A stretch of DNA of 61,691 nucleotides, filler included, from Perkinsus chesapeaki ATCC PRA-425 (taxonomy: Eukaryota; Protista; Perkinsozoa), in assembly GCA_013115145.1 (NCBI GenBank). It is 9 parts of 9 records of this genome, joined end to end, with 100 filler letters (N's around TTAATTAATTAA, not from the genome) between each part and the next. Parts side by side here need not be neighbours in the genome. Positions count along the whole stretch, not along the records: positions 26,669 to 32,949 come from JAAPAO010001102.1; positions 33,050 to 37,563 come from JAAPAO010001254.1; 7 more parts are not named here. One strand, 5' to 3'. The position numbers were made by a program, and so were the translations under genes. Shown piece after piece: positions 27,020-37,663 of this stretch. Each line of letters opens with the position of its first letter. The stretch's first letter is position 1. Below the pieces are notes generated by a model. It searched no databases and was not told the origin of the DNA. It saw only the letters and a list, made by a program, of their open reading frames with translations.

Positions 27020-27122
27020 TGCCCCCCGGATGGAGGATTGCAAGGACGGACATTTGCATAGTGGGTCTCCTTGAACATATCGGGAGAGACTTGGGCAGCC
27101 GGCACAGCCGCATCAACCAGTC

Positions 27123-30100
27123 TCAGAACGAGTCGTTCTGAACGACGCCACGAACAATTTCGTGGACTCTGTAGATCTTTGCGCCATACCGCCCTCCCCG
27201 ACCCAAAGTGTCAGGATCGAAGAGGACAACTTCGGACCCTACTGGAGGAGGACCGCGTCGGCGCAGCCCGCGGGAATCCGATAGCTGTTGAGCGCGTGCG
27301 TCAATGGCAGCCTGTACCAAACGCGTGACTTCGTCACGGAGTCCAGAGTTATCAGGTTCAGCATGCCCACCGGGATTATCATCCACCAAAGAGTTCTCGG
27401 GCCCGAGACGAAGCGGGCGGCAGAAAAAGATCTCAAAGGGAGACATGTCTGTGTCCATGAAGGGCTTGCAGTTGAGTCGTCGCACAACCTTGCCCAGCGT
27501 AGATGGCCACGACCGCTTGTCGCCCAACTGACGGGTCAGAAACTTGACGCTCGCGATCGCACGCTCTGCAAGGCCGTTGGAAAAAGGAGAGTAGGGTGAT
27601 AGGATCCTATGCTGGACAGCTCGGGTCTCGAGGAAGTCGCGCAGCGCTTTTCCCCGAAAACAGGGACCACCGTCAGTCCGAAGGAGAACCGGGCAGCCAA
27701 GGAGGTCAAAGATGCGAGACATCTCGCTGGCAACGGTTAAACTCTTCTGGTCTCGGAGAGGAGCGACTACACAGAAGCCACTAAAATGGCAGGTCATCAG
27801 AAGAACCGCGCAAAAGCGGCGCTTCCTGTCCCAGCACATCTCGGCCAGATCAGCGGACACCGTCGACCAGCATTCCTTGACGCCGGACCGAAGAGACCTG
27901 GCAGAGTCCACAGTCGTGTAAAATCTTCTGTTGGAGGCCAGGCGACACCCCTCGCAGGATCGGCAGATCTTATCCACCAGCGGCCTGAGTCCGGGGATAC
28001 TGAAACATCTGGAAGTCATCCATCTAATGTAGCGGTTGTTAAGACAGCCCGACTCCTTGTGGTATGCCTCCACCAAAGACTGGGCATAATCCCGACCCTC
28101 CGCCGTGTCAGTAGGGACGTAGTAGCAGAGCCGTTTTGAAGAAATGCCATTAACCTTGCCTGTTTGGACCTCTTTCATCAGGAGGCCATCCTCAGCCAGA
28201 GAGAAGCAGTGGAGCTCTTCACCAAGCCCCGGAGCCGGTGAAGGCGAAGGCATATCGATATCTGGTGGGGGTGAGCCGCCAAGAGCCCGGAGAATCGTGC
28301 TGCCTAGCGGGGAAAGCCATTGAATCTGGATCAACCGAGCCCTCGCAGGCTTTCCGTGACCAACTTGGAGACCATTGGGTCCTTGAGAGAGTGCTCCACT
28401 CTCAGAAACGATCCTCAAATATTCCTCATCCGCGGAAAACCGTTGGGAGTCCAGGGAGGATGGAAGGACAGGGACCAGAGGTTCTCCACCAGCCAGAGGG
28501 GCTTCACAGGCCGCGTTCGGCACTCCGCGACCCTCATAGATTACTTCATCAGGAATCCCCCAAGCGGAAGCAAGTCGGCTCAGTGCATCCGACTCCGCGT
28601 TCAACTCCGCCGGGATGTGCAATAGCTGCGGGATAATATGATGCTTCCGTCTCCATGCTTCTCGAACATCGGCGATAGCATCACATAGGCGCGAGATGGC
28701 AATGCGCTCGATAGACTTGCATGTTAGGCGAGACCCACCTCTCAGCCATGAGAGGGCCGTCTTGGAGTCCGAAAGGAAGTGCAGTGGGAGCTCTTGCAAG
28801 AAGGGAACCAACGTGTCAATAAAAACGTGAGCCGCCGCGAGGCCGTAGGTCTCCTTCCTGTTTTGATGCCAGTTCAACATTGGACCCCTAAAGCTCCGAG
28901 CCTTTTTGGCCAGCGGTACCTTGCGACCGTCGCTTGAGAAGTAGACGGAGAACCCCATCCCGAAAGGGCTGGAATCACACGCCACCTCAAGAGCGTCCGC
29001 GGAGAAACAAACTTCATGGTCACATTCGGCTGCGCGGCCACTCAGGACTGACAGTGCAATAGTCAGGGTCTTCGCCTCGACGTTGTTGACCGACACTTCT
29101 TGGTCCCAGCCGACCTTCCAACGGCCGGATATACGACGAACATAGTCGGCTGCCAAGCATCGCTCGGCATGTAGGCACAGCGGATCGAAGGCGGCACCGG
29201 CGGCGCGAAACAATGATCGCTTGGTGACCTTCTGACCTTCGCGGAACGTTTGCTGGGATGGATCCGATCCAGTGACACAGCGAAGGACTAGGGACCCGTG
29301 CTCCGATGTTTTTATGCCGTTGAAGACGAACTTCACACCGAGATGACAGAAGTCGGGGAAACAACTCACTCGCCCGTCATGCATGAAGTCGAAAGAGTGG
29401 GATTTGTGGGGGCTGAATTCGAACCCCCAGGAGGCCCCCAGACGGATAATCTCTGCCTGCAGGTCTCGGACGGCGTTACGGGGACCCAATAGGGAAATAT
29501 CATCCACATATTCCCAGTGCAAAGGAGTGATTGCAGCGGAGCCCTTGGCAGTACGAGCGATAGCCGTCCCAATCAGCGCCGACAGGGCCTCCCGCAGGAC
29601 CGCCGGGCCGCACCGGAGGCCGAAGACCAAGCGGCGGGCCGCAAAGCGGCGGCCCAGGGATCTGATGATGGCCGTCCTGTCGTGCAACCTCACACGGTAG
29701 AAGGCAGTGGCTGCATCAAGGGTGGCGAATGTAAGAGGCTCCCCCCTCGCACCACAATCGCGGGCTTTACGAGAAATCGCGGCCATAGCGACCCTGATCT
29801 GGGCCAGAATGGTTGCACAGGACTCCCCCGGATACGAACTCGGAGGGGAAGCGGCGTTCCCACGCCTCAGGTCAACGCAGGGTCGGACCTTTTGCCCTTG
29901 AACCACAGGGAAGGCAATGGCCTCCGGCAGGGCGACCTCGGTGTCCCTTCTCTCGCCGTCGCCTACGATGGGTTCCCACCAGCCACGATCCTGGAACCGT
30001 TCCAGCTCCTGGTCATACGCTTGCTGCTGATCGACTGTCAACCCGGCATACAGGTTTTGGGAGTAGTCATGAACAAGGCCAGGCCGCGCCAGCGGCGAGG

Positions 30101-31430
30101 ATGACCAACGCACTTCGACCGTGTGGGTCTGCTCGGGACAGTCCTTGGTCTCGTCGGCACGCAAAGGGCGGAGCCGGACGGAGTACTCCGGGGCAGCTCT
30201 CACTGGCCGCCAGTTCTCGTCCATCCTCGCCGTGCCTTCCTGGCACGAAGGCTCAGGAGACTCAACGTAGAGAAGTTCGTCCATGCTGTACTCACAGCGC
30301 AATACCAGAACGTCGGGTTCCTGGATGACAGTCACCGGAAGGTCCTCCTCCTGTAGCTCAACATAATGAAGGCCTCCTTCTGCTGCTAGAGATGGAAACG
30401 AAGCGTCAGATCCAGATGAGTTGAGGGTACGAACCGTGACGCGTCGATCGTCGCCTTGCTCGTCGAAACACAGAGAGACCCTCATCTGACACATCGTACG
30501 CACCCCTAGGATGCATGATGAACCATCAACGCCGTTCTTGGGACCATCCCCAGGGAGAACAAAGAACCGGATCGAGAACTCCCTGCCGCTATGGCGAACT
30601 GGCACATCCACGGTGCCGTTGAGCTTGACAACGGCCCCATTGGCGAGCTTCGCCGAGGTGGAGCACGGGGTCAGTTTCCACTTCCGTTCAGTGGCCAGGT
30701 CATGTCCGACATAGTTCCTCACAGCTCCAGAGTCGAGGAGTGCTCGGATGGGGGCCTGCCCCCCTGTTGGGTACAGCATAAGGGTAGGACCGGACTGCAG
30801 GAGCGGTCCGCCGCCCACGGCGGGGCCATCGCGCACCGCCCACAACATCTGAACCTGTTCTGAGGCGTCGTCAGGAGCCTCAGGCTCCTGATCGTCGGGA
30901 TCGGCATCTTCATGCGAGGCAATGGCTCTGACGTTGCTGGCCGGGGACTGTTGGGCTCGCGAGGGAGCAGTTGTAGCGCGCTCCCCCCGGTCCTCATGGC
31001 GATCATGGCTGAATTTGCAGTCTCTGCCGAATCGGCACCGACCATCGGCAGCCCACTGCCGGCACTCTGTCGCAGCAATGTGGCGAAATTGACAGCGATC
31101 GCCTCGGAGGCACCTGCCTCGAAGTGCGTTTCTGCAGAGTTCGGTTTTTGACGTCGGCCTCTGTGACACAACTGCAGGCTTGTCGGGGACCACCCCTGAA
31201 GAGCGCTGAGCCCGGGCCTCACTGCTGCTGGTCGACCGGTCGGCGACAACACGAGCGGCCCGAGTAAGGGCTTTTGATCGGAACCTCGACCACGTACCAG
31301 GATACTCGTAGGAGGCTTCTTTGCAGTTCTCATCCTTCACGCCGTCCCTGAAGGCTCGGATAATATGGGCGTCGGCCAATGGTGTCCCGGCCAAGGCACA
31401 GCGCCTTGCCCATTCATCGAGTCGACTCAC
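27123..31430 (-). CDS. Gag C-terminus (2x CCCH) + protease + RT + RNase H + integrase polyprotein
   Basis: LLDSGA (PR); VRPCVDLR, LDAATAFY, LVFGL, YVDD (RT); ACDSS (RH); H...C..C, VSADL, TDGGPCF, SNGLAER (IN). The C-terminus is cut short by a 14-nt insertion. Confidence 0.95.
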   Translation of the reverse strand: MSRLDEWARRCALAGTPLADAHIIRAFRDGVKDENCKEASYEYPGTWSRFRSKALTRAARVVADRSTSSSEARAQRSSGVVPDKPAVVSQRPTSKTELCRNALRGRCLRGDRCQFRHIAATECRQWAADGRCRFGRDCKFSHDRHEDRGERATTAPSRAQQSPASNVRAIASHEDADPDDQEPEAPDDASEQVQMLWAVRDGPAVGGGPLLQSGPTLMLYPTGGQAPIRALLDSGAVRNYVGHDLATERKWKLTPCSTSAKLANGAVVKLNGTVDVPVRHSGREFSIRFFVLPGDGPKNGVDGSSCILGVRTMCQMRVSLCFDEQGDDRRVTVRTLNSSGSDASFPSLAAEGGLHYVELQEEDLPVTVIQEPDVLVLRCEYSMDELLYVESPEPSCQEGTARMDENWRPVRAAPEYSVRLRPLRADETKDCPEQTHTVEVRWSSSPLARPGLVHDYSQNLYAGLTVDQQQAYDQELERFQDRGWWEPIVGDGERRDTEVALPEAIAFPVVQGQKVRPCVDLRRGNAASPPSSYPGESCATILAQIRVAMAAISRKARDCGARGEPLTFATLDAATAFYRVRLHDRTAIIRSLGRRFAARRLVFGLRCGPAVLREALSALIGTAIARTAKGSAAITPLHWEYVDDISLLGPRNAVRDLQAEIIRLGASWGFEFSPHKSHSFDFMHDGRVSCFPDFCHLGVKFVFNGIKTSEHGSLVLRCVTGSDPSQQTFREGQKVTKRSLFRAAGAAFDPLCLHAERCLAADYVRRISGRWKVGWDQEVSVNNVEAKTLTIALSVLSGRAAECDHEVCFSADALEVACDSSPFGMGFSVYFSSDGRKVPLAKKARSFRGPMLNWHQNRKETYGLAAAHVFIDTLVPFLQELPLHFLSDSKTALSWLRGGSRLTCKSIERIAISRLCDAIADVREAWRRKHHIIPQLLHIPAELNAESDALSRLASAWGIPDEVIYEGRGVPNAACEAPLAGGEPLVPVLPSSLDSQRFSADEEYLRIVSESGALSQGPNGLQVGHGKPARARLIQIQWLSPLGSTILRALGGSPPPDIDMPSPSPAPGLGEELHCFSLAEDGLLMKEVQTGKVNGISSKRLCYYVPTDTAEGRDYAQSLVEAYHKESGCLNNRYIRWMTSRCFSIPGLRPLVDKICRSCEGCRLASNRRFYTTVDSARSLRSGVKECWSTVSADLAEMCWDRKRRFCAVLLMTCHFSGFCVVAPLRDQKSLTVASEMSRIFDLLGCPVLLRTDGGPCFRGKALRDFLETRAVQHRILSPYSPFSNGLAERAIASVKFLTRQLGDKRSWPSTLGKVVRRLNCKPFMDTDMSPFEIFFCRPLRLGPENSLVDDNPGGHAEPDNSGLRDEVTRLVQAAIDARAQQLSDSRGLRRRGPPPVGSEVVLFDPDTLGRGGRYGAKIYRVHEIVRGVVQNDSF

Positions 31431-31438
31431 ATATTTGG

Positions 31439-32649
31439 TTAGAGGCTCACATCGGCACGGGCAGTAGGCTCAGCCAGCAGCATTTCGGCCTGGAAATGGC
31501 CTCCACACTCCTCCGAAAGGCAATCATGGATAGCGTCGACGGCTTGAGAGAATTCCAACATCGTGACCGGATTCCGACCATTGGTTGCTTCCTCCAAGAT
31601 ATACTCGTCCACGAGGTTGGTCAAGAGAAAGTAGTGCTCCGGCCCGCCGGACTCCCAGCCGCGACGCAGAGCCACGCTCTCAACCCTTCGCCAGAAACCA
31701 GCCAGACCACGTTCATCCGCCACTCCTTGGAAGGGACCACCCTTGAAGGCAGAGGCAGCTTTCTCGGCATCCTTAGAAGCGGTCCTTCTCTGCTCCTGTC
31801 CCACTACGCCTGGATTTGGACGCAGGCTAACGCGGCTCTCACGCGCCGTTGTGAAGGCGTCCGTCATGACAGAGCCTCTGCCAGAGTCACGGGCAAGCGA
31901 CGTTCGGGGCCCTCCCCGGAAGCTCAGCGGAGCATAGCTTGCAGGCTCGGTCACAAGGTCACGTACCGCGCCAGCGGTGTCGTGGAAGGTCGCATGACGA
32001 TCCACTGCCTCCGGGCCTCCGGCGTTCTGAGCGAAGCTCTGCCGTGTGCGTTGAAGAAATCGAGCCTGCCATCCGACGCTGAAGAGGCTCGCCTCAGCGT
32101 TTTCAGCTCGAGGAGCGAGGATAGGTTCTTGCGACGGGCAAGCGCAAGAGTAGTAGCCGTTGCGTTGAAGCGGTTGAGGGCCTCCGACTGCAAGGCGGAA
32201 TAGGTGACCATGGGCGGGAGATGCCTGACCATAATCTGGGTCATGTCGTCAGGTAGTATCTCCGCTGCTGCTTTACAACAGGCCAGCTTGATGTACATCT
32301 CGACGAACTGGGAAAGATCATCGGGGGCCACATCCTCAAGGTAGAGCCTGACGGCTTCGGGAATCGACTCTACGAGAGAGACCACAACCTCCCGTGCAAG
32401 TCGCTTCACGAGGGTGTCTAAATTTGGAGGCTCCCTCGCGGTGATGGCCTCCTCGATAACTTCTAAGACCGCGTCAGCCAGCAACTCGACTTTCGGCTTG
32501 GCTGACAGAGCATCCAATAGCTGCGGCTCGTTGGCAGAGGTCTCCTCCATAGTGAAGATGTCAGAAAGGGGTGGGAGTGTCCCGGCATCGGAGCCAGATG
32601 TGATGTTATTAGTGACTCCCGGGGGGTTAACGCGACTCATAGGTGCCAT
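31439..32649 (-). CDS. Gag N-terminal part, split into two overlapping frames (31951-32649 and 31439-~32245)
   Basis: Helical ORF after the PBS, then FQGVADERGLAGFWRRVESVALRRGW capsid-like region; each downstream frame is -1 relative to the previous one. Confidence 0.75.
32580..32596 (-). promoter_or_regulatory. Primer-binding site complementary to a tRNA 3' end (Glu/Asp-like ...TCCCGGCATCGGAG-CCA)
   Basis: Minus-strand TGGCTCCGATGCCGGGA, 2 nt after the 5' LTR. Confidence 0.8.
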
Positions 32650-32876
32650 TTGGACTCAAAAGGGGAAAAACTAACTCATACGATCTCTTATATAAACTTG
32701 ATCCACATCCATCATAGATAAGACGTCGTAAAAATGGGCCGTTCAGCCGCAGATAGCGAGATCGATAAGACGCATGCGTGCTTGGGCACGCGTGCCGCAC
32801 AGAAATTGGCTCCACTCGACAGAACCAGTAGTAAAACCGGGAAACTCAAGGCAATCATCCATCCTTTCAATCTACA
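32599..32876 (-). repeat. 5' LTR (278 bp)
   Basis: See 3' LTR; TG...CA ends. Confidence 0.97.
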
Positions 32877-32949
32877 CTTAGAACCTTAATCGAAAACCGA
32901 TCGAAACAAATCGCTCGAATCTGCTCGAATCTGATCCGTACAACCTGTA

Positions 32950-33049
32950 NNNNNNNNNNNNNNNNNNNNNNNNNNNNNNNNNNNNNNNNNNNNTTAATTA
33001 ATTAANNNNNNNNNNNNNNNNNNNNNNNNNNNNNNNNNNNNNNNNNNNN
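32950..33049. other. Artificial contig linker
   Basis: 44N-TTAATTAATTAA-44N. Confidence 0.98.
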
Positions 33050-33234
33050 GGAAGGGAAGAGAGGATGAGGTTGAAGAAAGGAGAGATGAAGATGATGAAG
33101 ATGATGATTGGGGTGGACTGAGGAAAATTGAAGTTGAGGAACTATTAAAATAAACTAAATTGATGTTTATAATAATGTTTCGTTTGACTGTATTATTTAT
33201 ATAATAGTTTACTTTAAACTAAATGTTGAAATAT

Positions 33235-33821
33235 ATGTCATTCATTATCGTCTTACTCATCCTCATCACCGATGCAGTGAAGGTAAGGATAACTCTGAAA
33301 TTATTAATAAGATATATTCATTCAGGTTGAAGATATCAAAGGTGACAAGAAGGGATGTGTTGTGAAAGCCAAACCACTCGAAGCCCAATTCTCCTGGGAA
33401 GAGGGTGACCTCATCTTAAAGTCACTTATTTGCCCAAGTGGAGATTCCTCCGTGACCGACGATAAGAAAGGCAAGAAGAAGAAGAACAAGAAGGTAGCCG
33501 CAAAGGATGCATTAAAAATGTAAGAGCATATCAATTGATGGACTTGATTTATAAGGAATCTTTAGGGATGTATCTGTTAAAGAGCAGTATGAAGTTTACA
33601 AACCGGATAGTAAGACGATTGAGAAGGGGAAAACCGACTCTGCTAAATGCAAGGCCGCTGTGGGGGAGCTGGGGAAAGCAACTGTCCCTAAGAAGAAGGG
33701 CTTGGCGAAGCTTATTAAGTCAGGAAATGATGAAATGATAAAATACTTATGCGATAACAAAGGAAGTCACCAAGAGGTTGGGGATAACGGAGATGATGAT
33801 GACAAAGAGGAAGACGAGTAA
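33235..33821 (+). CDS. Small Lys-rich secreted-type protein, 3 exons
   Basis: MSFIIVLLILITDAVK|gtaag signal-peptide-like exon; VEDIKGDKKGCVVKAKP...; ends DDDDKEEDE*. Confidence 0.6.
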
Positions 33822-34851
33822 AAATGACGATTAATGAATGTCATTATGTGAAATGAGTTTTAAATATGCTTATTGATGTCGATATCATTTGCTGTTTTGT
33901 TCAAGATATTTAATATCACTTTACCGGAACGGCAACTCACTTGACTAAATCGAAGGTTCGCGTTTTCGGCGGTTATCATCTCCGAAGCACGCCTTTATAA
34001 ATGCTTCTCAACAATGTCTTTCATTCTAACACTTGTTGATAGATCTGAGGCAGGCTTATATCAATTAAAAAGATCCTTCGAGGTAACTTACCTTGTTCAA
34101 TTTCATAGCAGCGAGGAGGAAAGGGCGTTAATAGAGTACCGCCAAACGAAACGATAAAAGTAGGGGAGAGTCCAGAATAAAGGAGTATAAAGCAAGTATG
34201 AGAACCTTGATGAGTTTATAGTGTACATTGGTTATATAGAAAACCCTCAACCGTGGGGAGAATTGCCATGAGGATAATTCTGGTAAGCGTGGTTATGCTG
34301 AATTCGTCCCTTCGAGCGAAGGCCGAGGTTTTGTGACTACCGCATGACAAGCTGGGGCAATTGGGAGACTTAATTGAACGAAGGTGGATATCATTAATAC
34401 ACATTAAGTAGAGATACTGCTTGAAACCTTTCAGAGGACTTGTTATTATAAATAATTCTTCTTTCGACACTAATCAATACGCCCTTTACTCATACCTGGT
34501 CTTTACTTATACGCATTGTAAGGGATCCTCTCAGGGGATATGGTACAAGTAATAGCATAACGAAAGATAATTCACTCATTAGAATTGAATGTAAAAAGGT
34601 AAAGGTGATACACATTGATATGTTAACTGTTATAATGATAATGCATTACTATGGCGTCTAAGGGGGCGGCGGCCTATTGTTGAGCTCAGTAAGAGTATCG
34701 GTGTTAAGCAACTACTATAACACAAGATATAATAACATTTGATAAACACACGAGCAAACAACATGGTAATTACAATCACCATCATGCAGTGTATTTCACT
34801 CACTTCCCGGAGGCGGCCTCCTTATCTGAGATAGATAGCAAATGATAATGA

Positions 34852-35127
34852 TCAACAATGTTGATTCAACATACTTCCCTTATCATCATCATCACTAAGG
34901 CTCACATCAGCTTCGGGAATTGGCACATTTGGTGACTTCGGTGGGTCATCGAACATCCCACGATATCTTCTACCGTATTGCGGAGCGGTGTCATCCTCCA
35001 CACCTTCAGATGGTTGTTTTTCCTTCTTATCTTTCTTATCTTTCTTTTTCAGAGTTCTCAAGGCTTCTGTCGGGTTGCCTAGTAGACCAACAACAGCAAT
35101 GATGGCTAAACCGTGAACAAGACGCAT
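34852..35127 (-). CDS. Small secreted-type protein (signal peptide, basic then acidic tail)
   Basis: MRLVHGLAIIAVVGLLGNPTEA-LRTLKKKDKK... Confidence 0.55.
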   Translation of the reverse strand: MRLVHGLAIIAVVGLLGNPTEALRTLKKKDKKDKKEKQPSEGVEDDTAPQYGRRYRGMFDDPPKSPNVPIPEADVSLSDDDDKGSMLNQHC

Positions 35128-35273
35128 TTCAATAAAGGACAGAACGGGGAGACGAGGAGGGGGGAAATAAATCGCTCAAATGGTGGTGGTGGAGCACGCC
35201 CGAATAACGTAATATGCAAGAAAGGCAGTACAACATATTCCACACAAAATGATGCGTTGAAGTTGTCAGAGAT

Positions 35274-37560
35274 TCAGTTAGGCATAGAGACCGTAGTGGA
35301 CGGTGGCGGCTGCGGCAGAGTAGTGGACCATGGTCCCTTATTAGAATTAACAACACTTCTGGGGGAGTCCGTTGATGATGGTGTTATTGCTGTTCCAGAT
35401 CGGATCCATTGAGCCATGGCGAGTGGAACTCAGAACGGAGCATTATTATAACAAGGATGTTAAACATGATTCGAGTAGATGACATAATGACAACACTTTT
35501 ATCATCATCATGCAGCCACATCGGATGTGTATGGATTAGTTCTTCTTGTGAACTTATCTCGAAAGTTGTACCTTTTTATGATCAAAAGGTCTCGAGATCG
35601 AATCTCAGTAAAGACATCCTGATCTCACCAATAAGTATCCAGTTGATCGTCACGGAATGCCACCCAAACTCCTCCTTCCGCGGCCTCTCGAGCCTTACTA
35701 ATAATTCGTTGACTTTCTTCAGGAAGGAGCTGGATTAAACACATATCGCCAACAGGAATGGAACCCGCGACCTTCCGATTGATAGACTTACCTTCACACC
35801 GCCACGCCACATTTCCCCTTTATCATCAATGATGAGTTGGACATGACCACTTCGACGGCCTTTGCTGTGAATCTCAATAAAACACTGAAATAATTCCCAC
35901 TTAGCGCACTGTGAAGAATCAAGATACTCCGCACTTCTGGGCAAAACATATCCAAACAATCTTCACAAATAATAGTTGCTTTTTTACCCTAAAGACAAAA
36001 TCGATCAGCTGATCGATTTCACCTCACCTACATTATCTCCCATCGATATAGCACCACGAACCACTCGTTGCCTGTCAGACAAATCACATTCAAAACATTT
36101 GAAACCTTTAAGAATCTTTTTTGGTAATTTCTTCAATTCTGGGTTTTCCCCCAAACTCACGGTATAACAGCCATCGCAGAAATACCTGTCACAGTGACTG
36201 GGATCATCAGCAGCAGCAGCGTGTGCATGCGTGCATACCGCTCTTCAGGTGTCCCCGCAGCGACAAGACTATCGGCAACTCGCTTGCGGCATTCACCACA
36301 GATACGCTGATCAAGCTCTGAGGAAGGGATAATCGAAAAATGAAATGACTCGACAAATTGATGATATAAAGGAATAATATTATGGAATCGATAACTATGA
36401 TATCTAAAAACATTCCCTTGGAAGAAAAGACCTTACACGCCACCACGGTGGTGACGTGACGACCGGTTTACGACATTTTTAACATCATAACGCAGGAGGA
36501 TGAGGAGAAGGACACATGCCTGAGGGGTTGGATTTTTGGACTCAACAAGATAAAGGCACTGTTGGGCAGCAGCAGTTAGAGAAGTCTACTGTTATTCACT
36601 ACTAAGGCCACCACCACCACGACAACAACGACAACAGCAGGCCTCGAGTGGCGATAATATCTCGACATTTATTATCAGGTAGAGATTTATAGGACCTTTC
36701 CGAAAAAAACAACTTGCGGAATTGCTAGCTCTTTGTGAAGCGCATAAATCGACGGCCTGGGAATCGAACTTGCGTGGTCGTCGTCGCCTTACCAATTGTG
36801 ATATGCTTCTTCCTCTTCCCCGTTGCATGTGTTTTACCAAAACATTCTCGACAAAAGAAATCCTTACAAGGATCGCACTTAAGAGTGGCAGCGAGATCTT
36901 CACACTCTAACAATAAGAAATAAATAAAATCTTTCGAGTGCGCAGGTCCGGCAGCGGCGGCGGCGTATCTTACCCTGACACATAACAACATCCTCATGCT
37001 TCTCTGTTACTTCTCGTCGAATCTGATAATCATTATAAAAGATACCCATGATATATTCATTCCAACCTGTCGTACAATATACTTTCCTTACCTGTTCCCG
37101 TCTAATAAGCCTCACGAACTCAACTGGTGAGCATGGACAATCCACTAGACTGGTCAATGCATATTGCCTCTCGACAAACCTGATGATGATGATGCCAAAC
37201 AAAGCAAACGAACGAGCCAAATGGCCCCACTTACTCATCAAGAGCATGCTTAACACTTCCAGCAAGATGATAATCGACAACTGAATCAATATTAAGGAGG
37301 ATACACAGAGATTCGACAATCTCAGGTGTTGCTGGCGGCACTTCACTAAAAATGCAACATGCCGGGATCGAACCTATGCTGTCATCACCGATGAGCTCGA
37401 TTTAAAGACTCCCCCAAAATAGTTGACACTTGACCAAGCATCTTATCCTCTGCCATTTGACCAGTCGGCCTACTTCTGAGATGATTCAATCTGATGTTCC
37501 TATAGACAACTCAATGCCAAATGGAACGAAGTGAACAAGTCTTAAACAAGTTCAACTTAA
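35274..37560 (-). CDS. Multi-exon B-box-type zinc-finger protein, 5' end beyond the contig
   Basis: CEDLAATLKCDPCKDFFCRECFGKTHATGKRKKH; in-frame splices checked at 37346-37388 and 35730-35791. Confidence 0.68.
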
Positions 37561-37563
37561 TAA

Positions 37564-37663
37564 NNNNNNNNNNNNNNNNNNNNNNNNNNNNNNNNNNNNN
37601 NNNNNNNTTAATTAATTAANNNNNNNNNNNNNNNNNNNNNNNNNNNNNNNNNNNNNNNNNNNN
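37564..37663. other. Artificial contig linker
   Basis: 44N-TTAATTAATTAA-44N. Confidence 0.98.

Larger units (their letters stand above)
26742..32876 (-). mobile_element. Full-length LTR retrotransposon, BEL/Pao-like, 5-bp TSD CTTAG
   Basis: Two 278-bp TG...CA LTRs; CTTAG at 26737-26741 and 32877-32881; PBS and PPT present; gag-PR-RT-RH-IN order; TKR...FDPL, WDQ and DSKTALSWL motifs. Confidence 0.95.

Noticed and set aside
27239-32203. Numerous overlapping and antisense ORFs in the BEL-like element (e.g. 31379-32203+, 29517-30104+)
   Set aside because: Shadow ORFs of GC-rich coding sequence; no motifs.
19666-37388. Complete tRNA genes at the three B-box hits
   Set aside because: No D-arm or matching 5' acceptor strand; the upstream sequence is exon.
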